Below, in pieces: positions 9,818 to 16,863 of a stretch of 64,000 bases of DNA (its first letter is position 1; every line of letters begins with the position of its first letter). The notes under the pieces are model-generated. The model made no database searches. It saw nothing but the letters and a program-made list of their open reading frames with translations, and had not been told where the DNA came from. Source of the stretch: Calditrichaceae bacterium (lineage in GTDB: Bacteria > Calditrichota > Calditrichia > Calditrichales > JBFXGD01); contig JBFXGD010000002.1 of NCBI GenBank assembly GCA_050178385.1, positions 842-64,841 on the forward strand, read 5' to 3'. Both the position numbers and the translations under genes were made by a program.

Positions 9818-11689
9818 TTAACTTGCTGACCTGGTGGCCGGGATCCTCATCGTGAAGGTTGTCCCTTCGCCGATATTGCTGTCGACGGTTATGGTACCGT
9901 TATGATTGTCAATAATACCCCAGATGATCGCCAGGCCAAGCCCCGTGCCTCGCTGGCCTTTTGTTGAATAAAATGGTTCAAATATGCGATAGAGATTCTC
10001 TTTTGGAATGCCGCATCCCGAGTCCGAAATTTTAATCTCTATAAATTCCCTTTTACCTTCCAGTTCAATCATCTTCCAGTTCTGCCATCCGCAATCCCTG
10101 TTTGTACAGCCGACAAACTCACCCTGTGTTGGAATTTCAAATGAATACACGGAAGATGCGCATTTTGGGCATTTGTTGTTTTTTTCTATTAGCGAAATAT
10201 CGCAATGGGGGCACAACAACTGTAGCGACTTATTTTTACTATATTCGATACCAAAGTAATGCCTTGATTTCCCGTAGATCGGGTCGAGATTAACAAAACC
10301 GGAGCTGCCGTTTGAAAGCGCCTTTAGTTTAATCGAAGGTAAACCGTCGATTTTAATTTCATTGTCGATAAGACTGTGTCCTTTTGGACAAGCGGCTCTT
10401 TTAATCTGCATATAGCCTTTTGGTGGAACAAAAAGTAAAGATGTTGACACATTTATGTTTCCACCGTTTTTCCCGATTGCATCATTCGCGTTAACCACCA
10501 GGTTGATAAAAACCTGTTCTATCTGGTTGGCGTCAATGGTTACTTTTGGCAGCTGTATATCAAGGTTTTTAATAATTTTTACATTGTTGATGGTCAATTG
10601 ATTCTCTACCACACCAATCGCGTGGTTAAGAATATCATTGATGTTCGAATTATTTTTTTTCGGAACTGATTGTCTGGCAAAATCCAGCAGTCCTTTTACA
10701 ATTTCCCTGCTTCTTTTTGTTTCTCTGACAATTACTTCTAAATCCGATTGCAATTCCGAATTGCCCTTGGTCCTCTTTAGTAAAAAACTGCTGTATGTTA
10801 AAATCCCGGTCAGCGGGTTGTTAATCTCGTGCGCGACGCCGGCCGCGAGACGGCCAAGTGAGGCCAGTTTATCTGATTGAAATAACTGCATTCTGGCTTC
10901 GGATAATTTTTGCGTCATGTTGTTAAATGAACGGGCAAGCATTCCCAATTCATCATTGCTGTGTTCCTTAATCGTGTAGTTCAGATTTCCGGCGGCGACA
11001 TTCTTCGTAGCCTGTAGCAGAGTGTTCACCGGTTTGTCAACCAAACTTTTCACGAAGTACCAAACGGTGCCGCTCAGGAGAATGATGGCAATGATGGCAA
11101 ACATGAGCATTTTGAATTTTGTTGACGCAATCTGATTGTCAATTGCCTTGATGGAAATAGTGACATCGAGGACGCCAAGAACGGTTTTTTCAGATGCGTG
11201 TGCATGACAATCGGCTTCCCAGCAGGAAGGTTCATTATAAATCGGATTAATTATACCTAACACCCTGGAAGAATCAGGTGCTAATTTATAGACACGCGTG
11301 CGCTTTTCAATCTCAAGTTTTTCCAGGGGTTTATTAGCCGCGTGACAAGCGTAACATGCTTCGGTCTTTTTGTCAACCATATGTCCGATTGCAGTAGTAT
11401 CAGAAGAATAGATGATCTCTCCTTCTTTATTAAAAACCCGGACTTCGTTAATGCAGGGTTGATTCCCGATTGTCTGAATAATGTTATGGATATGCGCGCG
11501 TTCATTAAGAAGCATTCCGTATCTGGTGCTATTCTTAACCGTTTCGCTTAGTTGGTTGACATGTCTCTCCACCTCATCAAAAAGAGCCTTACTCTGAGAT
11601 TGTACGTTCAGATAGGCAAATACGAATATGATGATGATGGTTGCCGTTCCTACGGCGGAGATTAATTTAAATCCAATTTTCTTGAACAT
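9818..11689 (-). CDS. Sensor histidine kinase: two TM helices, periplasmic domain with c-haem-type motifs, HAMP, DHp, and a HATPase domain split by a Cys-rich insertion
   Basis: TM1 at ~res 9-28 and TM2 at ~193-213. Between them lie CYACH (res 112-116) and CWEADCH (156-162). HAMP-like 214-265. H-box AGVAHEINNPL. N-box NLVVNANDA. Then a ~128-aa insertion (res ~418-545) containing CPKGH, CPHC..x10..CPKC and C-x4-C. This is followed by G1 DSGCGIP, the F-box FEPFYSTK and G2 GTGLGLA. Confidence 0.85.
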   Translation of the reverse strand: MFKKIGFKLISAVGTATIIIIFVFAYLNVQSQSKALFDEVERHVNQLSETVKNSTRYGMLLNERAHIHNIIQTIGNQPCINEVRVFNKEGEIIYSSDTTAIGHMVDKKTEACYACHAANKPLEKLEIEKRTRVYKLAPDSSRVLGIINPIYNEPSCWEADCHAHASEKTVLGVLDVTISIKAIDNQIASTKFKMLMFAIIAIILLSGTVWYFVKSLVDKPVNTLLQATKNVAAGNLNYTIKEHSNDELGMLARSFNNMTQKLSEARMQLFQSDKLASLGRLAAGVAHEINNPLTGILTYSSFLLKRTKGNSELQSDLEVIVRETKRSREIVKGLLDFARQSVPKKNNSNINDILNHAIGVVENQLTINNVKIIKNLDIQLPKVTIDANQIEQVFINLVVNANDAIGKNGGNINVSTSLLFVPPKGYMQIKRAACPKGHSLIDNEIKIDGLPSIKLKALSNGSSGFVNLDPIYGKSRHYFGIEYSKNKSLQLLCPHCDISLIEKNNKCPKCASSVYSFEIPTQGEFVGCTNRDCGWQNWKMIELEGKREFIEIKISDSGCGIPKENLYRIFEPFYSTKGQRGTGLGLAIIWGIIDNHNGTITVDSNIGEGTTFTMRIPATRSAS

Positions 11690-11732
11690 TTTATTCTTTC
11701 AGATGTCGAATTTTGTTGACTATGACATTAAG

Positions 11733-11794
11733 GGCGGTATGCATAATTTGAAAATTTCAGGGTTTGCCCGCGTGATTAAAGGATGCATACCGCC
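11733..11794. repeat. 12-bp perfect inverted repeat with a 38-nt spacer between the cytochrome gene and the kinase gene
   Basis: GGCGGTATGCAT (11733-11744) and ATGCATACCGCC (11783-11794) are exact reverse complements. They sit in the 156-bp gap between the cytochrome stop (11846) and the kinase start (11689). Confidence 0.7.
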
Positions 11795-11845
11795 TATTCT
11801 TATCTTACATAATATTACGAAACAAATATATGCCTGATCAATAAT

Positions 11846-13009
11846 TTAAAGTTTTGTTTTTGTTAAGCTGCCTGGCATTGCAGCCGGGTATTTATAATTA
11901 TCATGGCAATTGTCACATGTCGGTTTTTTGTTAAAATTGAGATCAATATGGCATGATTCACAATCCATTGCACTATGGTTTTCATCAAGGACTAATCCGG
12001 TTACGCGATGTTTGAATGACTCGGGATTCCAGTTTTTGTGACAGCTGGTGCATGTTGGATTCAGACTTGAAAAGATTTTATTCTCGCCATGACAAGTCTG
12101 ACATCTAAGGGATGCGTGGTAACTTTTGAGCGGCCATTTTGCGGTAACAGAATGGTCGAACGGTCCCTTTTGCTTGTTGCTGTGACACTTAGTACAATTA
12201 TCATCAGCATGGCAGGAGAAGCAGGTTTCATGTTTTTCATCAACTGATTTACTTGCAGCTACAGGTTTTGCCGTGGCTACCTGTTCCTTATAAGTTGATT
12301 TTGAAAGGTCGTGACAACGACTACAGCTCTCGTTGGTATGACAATCAACGCATTTAAATCCAAACTTTCCTGAATGTTCATTATGATAGAAAGTCACATA
12401 TTTGCCCTCTTTGGCCGCGGTTTCGTAAACCACTTTATCCGGTTCTGTAATCTTTGGGTGTTTTGAGCCAATAATGTCACTTTGATCAGAAATCTTTTTC
12501 TCGGGAGAGGCGGCACCTTTTAAAACATGGCATACATTGCAGTCAGTTGTATGACTCCATTCGCGGTGACAGCTTAAACACTGCCGGTGATAGGCGCCTT
12601 TTAGGCCCGGTTTGCTGAGATCAGCTCTTATGGGTTCTGTCTCATGACATTCCTTACACGCGGCAATCTTACCGGGAGGGTTATGATGATGACATGATGT
12701 ACAGCTTCCGGACATTTGTCCCATTTCAGCATGAAGCCTGTGCGGGAAAACCGTCGGTTCGTATATGTTTGATAAAATATCGATATTCAAAGTATCGGGT
12801 CCCTCATCAGGAGTATGGTGAATGGTTACCACATTCCGTTTAAATTCAGGGCAGCATGTAAGACACGGGTCCGCTTCCGTCGGATTGTCGCAGCTGTGAC
12901 AGGATTTGCAATCCAGAGCAAGTTTTGAATGATGTTCAGTACTGACTGTCTGTGCAAACAGCGGGGTGATGATGAGTAAAAAGCCAATAATCAGATTTAA
13001 TTTTTTCAT
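11846..13009 (-). CDS. Periplasmic multihaem c-type cytochrome (13 CXXCH motifs, cytochrome c3-family-like)
   Basis: Signal peptide MKKLNLIIGFLLIITPLFAQ. There are 13 CXXCH motifs: CKSCH, CTSCH, CKECH, CLSCH, CNVCH, CVDCH, CSRCH, CFSCH, CTKCH, CQTCH, CTSCH, CESCH, CDNCH. No CXXCK motif is present. The ATG overlaps the upstream gene's stop (ATGA at 13006-13009). Confidence 0.9.
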   Translation of the reverse strand: MKKLNLIIGFLLIITPLFAQTVSTEHHSKLALDCKSCHSCDNPTEADPCLTCCPEFKRNVVTIHHTPDEGPDTLNIDILSNIYEPTVFPHRLHAEMGQMSGSCTSCHHHNPPGKIAACKECHETEPIRADLSKPGLKGAYHRQCLSCHREWSHTTDCNVCHVLKGAASPEKKISDQSDIIGSKHPKITEPDKVVYETAAKEGKYVTFYHNEHSGKFGFKCVDCHTNESCSRCHDLSKSTYKEQVATAKPVAASKSVDEKHETCFSCHADDNCTKCHSNKQKGPFDHSVTAKWPLKSYHASLRCQTCHGENKIFSSLNPTCTSCHKNWNPESFKHRVTGLVLDENHSAMDCESCHIDLNFNKKPTCDNCHDNYKYPAAMPGSLTKTKL

Positions 13010-14250
13010 TTTGCAGCCCCTCGAATAGCGAATTTTGTTTTTGGCCTATATCCTTTAACCGGTTGGCTTATAACAGGGAATATCAAAACGAGGGTGCGGT
13101 ACAACAATACTTCAAGAGCGATAAAGCCTACCGTGACGGAAATTTCTCCGATTGACGGGAAATATGAATTCATTGCATAAGGTGGTGTGTAGGCAACGAT
13201 AAAGGTATTGATTCTGTTTATCAGTACTCCGAATATCACCAAAAGAGAAGCAGTGAATAACCAGGATGGGGATTTCAGAGCTTTATTCGAGAGGAAAATC
13301 CTTAGAGGGATAATCACGCCGAACAGCATTTCAATGATAAACATTATGCTTTCGATATTGAAATCGAGTAAATAAACATAGGTTCCCCGAATAACCATAT
13401 CGCCTATTTTAAATGCAAGGTAAATTCCCAACAACGGGCCGATTATACGTCCCAAATTGGAGAGTACATGCATTTCTCTTTTTAGTCCAAAGGACTTTGA
13501 CGCGATCATAGATTCAAGAACGACCATCGGAAATCCAACAGAGATCGCGGAGAGTAAAAACAGAAGTGGCGCGATAGGAGTCTGCCAGAGCGGGTGAATC
13601 TTAGAACCTGCTAAGATCATAAGTGTTCCAAGGGATGACTGATGCAGACAGGATAACACAACACCGGCAATCAAAAAGATGAACATGGCCGGATTCAGAA
13701 TTTTGTCAAGAAATTTTAGCAGTGATTCCAGGGGTTTTACAAGACCTGCCAGAAATCCGTTTAAATGCACCTGACCTTTAAACCGCTCAATGACAACAGG
13801 GATAAATTCAATGTACAAAACAGTGAGATATGTCATCACGCATATACCGACTTCGAACAACGCTGAATTTCCGTTCCACATATACATGACATGATAAATA
13901 GAATAATAACGTCCGAGATCAATAAAGACTCCCAGGGCGACAAATGTATATCCTAACATGGCTGTGAGCAGAGCAGGACGTACAATAACGTGATAGTCTC
14001 CTCTATGGAAAACATGTCCGAGCGCGGCAGTTGTAAATCCTCCCGCGGCAAGGGCTACTCCCGCAGCCACATCAATGCCGATCCAAATACCCCATGGATG
14101 CTGATTGTCAAGGTTAGTTACTGCTCCAAGTCCGAATACAAATCTCAATAAAGCGAATATCAAGCCGTTTACAGCTAGTATCGTCAAGAAAATTACACCG
14201 GGTGTAAAAAATTTTTTTTCAATACGAGCAGGTTTAATCATTTCGTCCAT
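13006..14250 (-). CDS. NrfD/PsrC/HmcC-like integral membrane quinone-interacting subunit
   Basis: 414 aa and almost entirely hydrophobic, with about 10 predicted helices. Its N-terminus and overall layout resemble the polysulfide reductase NrfD family. It is flanked by an FeS subunit and a cytochrome, as in Hmc/Nhc/Qrc-type complexes. Confidence 0.8.
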   Translation of the reverse strand: MDEMIKPARIEKKFFTPGVIFLTILAVNGLIFALLRFVFGLGAVTNLDNQHPWGIWIGIDVAAGVALAAGGFTTAALGHVFHRGDYHVIVRPALLTAMLGYTFVALGVFIDLGRYYSIYHVMYMWNGNSALFEVGICVMTYLTVLYIEFIPVVIERFKGQVHLNGFLAGLVKPLESLLKFLDKILNPAMFIFLIAGVVLSCLHQSSLGTLMILAGSKIHPLWQTPIAPLLFLLSAISVGFPMVVLESMIASKSFGLKREMHVLSNLGRIIGPLLGIYLAFKIGDMVIRGTYVYLLDFNIESIMFIIEMLFGVIIPLRIFLSNKALKSPSWLFTASLLVIFGVLINRINTFIVAYTPPYAMNSYFPSIGEISVTVGFIALEVLLYRTLVLIFPVISQPVKGYRPKTKFAIRGAAK

Positions 14251-14259
14251 TATCGCCTC

Positions 14260-15153
14260 CTACTCAACTTCTTCTTTGTTCTTGTTGATCCACATGATAC
14301 CGCCAAGCAGCGCATAAAGAGATACCGGTGGGATAAAATATTTAAATATTGCGTGCTGAATGGCTTCCGATACGCCGGGCGCCGGGTTATCAGCTAATTT
14401 TGGGAAATCCAGATCAGCGAAATCTGTCGATGAAAGATACAGCCATGATGTACCGCCGACTTCTTTCTCACCGTAAATATGGTCAAAATATTTTTCGGGA
14501 TTCTTTTTGATTCTTTCACGGGCGATTTTTAACAGATCGGAGCGTTTTCCATAGGTCAGAGCTTCCACAGGGCACATTTCTACGCATGCCGGAAGCAGAC
14601 CTTCTTTTGTTCTTTCAAAACAAAAATCACATTTTTGGACCTGTGGCGTAAGAGCATTTTTGTATTCATAGGAAGGGATCTGAAAAGGACAGGCGACCAT
14701 GCAGTACCGGCAGCCGATACACTTATTGACATCATATATCACCGATCCGTTCTCTTCTTTAGAAAGTGCGCCTACAATACATGCGGAAACGCAAGCCGGG
14801 TGATCGCAGTGCATGCACTGGACCTTGACGTTTATGGGGTATTTACCTCCATTGTTGTTGTCATATTCATTAACAACGGTGTGACCATCAAAATCCGGCC
14901 TTCTTAATTTTTCAAACACAGACCGGTCATCATATGATTCAATCGATCCGGTAGGGAAATCATGTGCCTTTTTACAGGCATACTCACATTTTCGGCAGCC
15001 AATGCAAACGGTCGTGTCAACAAGCACGCCCATCCGATCTTCCATCAATACATTTTTGGGGGCAGCCTTTGCCTGCTTGGCTCCCACACCGGTTAGACCG
15101 GCACCGACCAATCCGGCGGTTTTGAAAAAATCGCGTCGGCTCTGTTTACCCAT
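14260..15153 (-). CDS. TAT-exported 4x[4Fe-4S] ferredoxin subunit (NrfC/HybA/HmcB-like) with a C-terminal TM anchor
   Basis: Twin-arginine signal SRRDFFKTAGLVGAGL. Four Cys clusters: CIGCRKCEYAC, CMHCDHPACVSAC, CIGCRYCMVACP, CDFC..x13..CVEMCP. Hydrophobic C-terminal helix YFIPPVSLYALLGGIMWI. Confidence 0.88.
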   Translation of the reverse strand: MGKQSRRDFFKTAGLVGAGLTGVGAKQAKAAPKNVLMEDRMGVLVDTTVCIGCRKCEYACKKAHDFPTGSIESYDDRSVFEKLRRPDFDGHTVVNEYDNNNGGKYPINVKVQCMHCDHPACVSACIVGALSKEENGSVIYDVNKCIGCRYCMVACPFQIPSYEYKNALTPQVQKCDFCFERTKEGLLPACVEMCPVEALTYGKRSDLLKIARERIKKNPEKYFDHIYGEKEVGGTSWLYLSSTDFADLDFPKLADNPAPGVSEAIQHAIFKYFIPPVSLYALLGGIMWINKNKEEVE

Positions 15154-15267
15154 TTTCGACTCCTTGTATTCGATTTCAAAATAATAATTTCACAAAATCA
15201 GCACGACAGATAAACTAATCGCACAAATATTTAATACCAATAGAACCATTCGTTACAGTTGGTGATA

Positions 15268-15281
15268 GCAAAATTTGTGCC
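15268..15281 (-). promoter_or_regulatory. Candidate sigma-54 (-24/-12) promoter for the nrfC-like operon
   Basis: The minus strand reads aaaGGCACaaattTTGCta, which is GG-N10-GC with exact spacing and a good -12 TTGCT. It lies ~115 nt upstream of the ATG at 15153 and is followed by an AAGGAG RBS. Confidence 0.5.
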
Positions 15282-15376
15282 TTTCTTTCGGAGAACGCGT
15301 TTTTAGATGATTTAATCTGTTAAATCTATGACAACGCTGCTTCCTCGCAATGGGTGGAATTTTACTTTCTCAGGTT

Positions 15377-15401
15377 GGATTAATAATTTTCGGATTAATA
15401 A
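15377..15401. repeat. Direct repeat GGATTAATAA x2 (15-bp period) upstream of the sigma-54-like promoter
   Basis: GGATTAATAA occurs at 15377-15386 and again at 15392-15401. Confidence 0.6.
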
Positions 15402-15404
15402 ACA

Positions 15405-15454
15405 AAGTGTTTCAAAAAGTGTTTCATACGGGATAATTAAAATAGTATGTTTCA
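15405..15454. promoter_or_regulatory. Three copies of a GTTTCA-containing motif; candidate upstream activator sites
   Basis: AAGTGTTTCA at 15405-15414 and 15417-15426 is a perfect 10-nt direct repeat with a 12-bp period. A third copy, TATGTTTCA, is at 15446-15454. The motifs are 125-175 bp upstream of the -24 element on the minus strand. Confidence 0.4.
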
Positions 15455-15918
15455 AAACCTGTTAAACAATGTTAACCTGATAAAAATAAATGAATTATCA
15501 TTCAGTTGTGGAACATTTTGTTCCTGTTTTTTTTGATTTCACGCCCTGATTCTCGGGATAAATACTTTCAAAAATCAATTTTTATTAGAAACGAAGGATT
15601 ATTTTTTCTGAATGTTTACCGCTTTCGCATGTTGACCGAAGCCTGGATTAAATATAAATATTGAAAATATTTGTACCAAATAAAATAATTTAAAATACAT
15701 TTTTCCAATTTTTAATAAAAATACTCCTTTTAAACCCGCAGAAGCGCTTCGCAAAATCCGATGCAAATAATATTAAATAATGGAATTTCAGTCATTTAAC
15801 CGTATATGTTCAAGTATCCTATTAAACTGGATTTAATGAAATAAAATTAATTGAATGAATGGTATAATATTTGTAACTTTAATATTTAATAACATTGCAA
15901 GCGGAGGACTATTAAATA

Positions 15919-16797
15919 ATGTACAAAATTGTTGAAGCAGGCTTTCTTGCGGAAAATATTAAACGTTTTGTGATTGAAGCGCCGAGAATTGCCAGCAAAC
16001 GAAAAGCGGGTCAATTTGTTATTATACGAATTGATGAGCATGGCGAAAGAATCCCTTTGACCATCGCGGATTCCGACAAAGAAAAGGGAACGATTACGAT
16101 TATTGTCCAGGGGATTGGAAAAACCACAAGCGCTCTGAATCTGAAAGAAGCGGGAGATCAGATTCTGGATGTTGTCGGACCGTTGGGGCACGAGTCTGAA
16201 ATCGAAAAATTTGGTACTGTCGTAAGTATTGGCGGCGGAGTGGGAACGGCAATTGCTTTTCCGACAGCGGTTGCTCTAAAAGATGCCGGAAATTATGTGA
16301 TCACAATTAACGGCGCCAGAAGCAAGGATATGGTTATCCTGGAAGATGAACTAAGGTCAGTAAGCGATGAGGCATACGTGACTACTGATGACGGATCTTA
16401 CGGATTCCACGGTTTTGTAACCCAGAAACTGCAGGAACTGCTCGATGCCGGCAAAAAAATTGATTTTGTTCTGGCCATTGGTCCGATCCCGATGATGAAA
16501 GCGGTAGCCGAAGTGACACGGCCGTATAAAATAAAAACAATTGTCAGTCTGAACCCCATTATGGTTGACGGTACAGGAATGTGCGGTGGATGCCGGGTTG
16601 TTGTGGGTAATGAATCTAAATTTGCCTGTGTTGATGGTCCGGAATTTGACGCGCATCTTGTCGACTTCAAAAATCTTTCCGACCGGAACAAGATGTATTC
16701 CAAACACGAGAAACTATCACTGGAAAAATTCAAACACGAATGCAATCTGGATAAACAGGCTAAAGCGCACAAGGAGCTCGAACAAGTTGAGAGCTGA
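15919..16797 (+). CDS. nfnA: NADH-dependent reduced ferredoxin:NADP+ oxidoreductase subunit A (NfnA / SudB-like FAD + 2Fe-2S subunit)
   Basis: MYKIVEAGFLAENIKRFVIEAPRIASKRKAGQFVIIRIDEHGERIPLTIADSD..GTITIIVQGIGKTT is typical of NfnA/SudB. C-terminal CGGCRV...C cluster motif. Confidence 0.85.
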   Translation: MYKIVEAGFLAENIKRFVIEAPRIASKRKAGQFVIIRIDEHGERIPLTIADSDKEKGTITIIVQGIGKTTSALNLKEAGDQILDVVGPLGHESEIEKFGTVVSIGGGVGTAIAFPTAVALKDAGNYVITINGARSKDMVILEDELRSVSDEAYVTTDDGSYGFHGFVTQKLQELLDAGKKIDFVLAIGPIPMMKAVAEVTRPYKIKTIVSLNPIMVDGTGMCGGCRVVVGNESKFACVDGPEFDAHLVDFKNLSDRNKMYSKHEKLSLEKFKHECNLDKQAKAHKELEQVES

Positions 16798-16863
16798 TTT
16801 TTAAATTATTTAGAAATTTAATATTTAGAAGAAATAAATTTAAATAAAAAAAATGGTGAACGA

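Noticed and set aside
11846-15153. Reading the nrfC/nrfD-like genes as a nitrite reductase (nrf) or polysulfide/tetrathionate reductase operon.
   Set aside because: There is no NrfA-type cytochrome (no CXXCK motif among the 13 haem sites) and no molybdopterin catalytic subunit gene in the cluster. Only the electron-transfer subunits are present.
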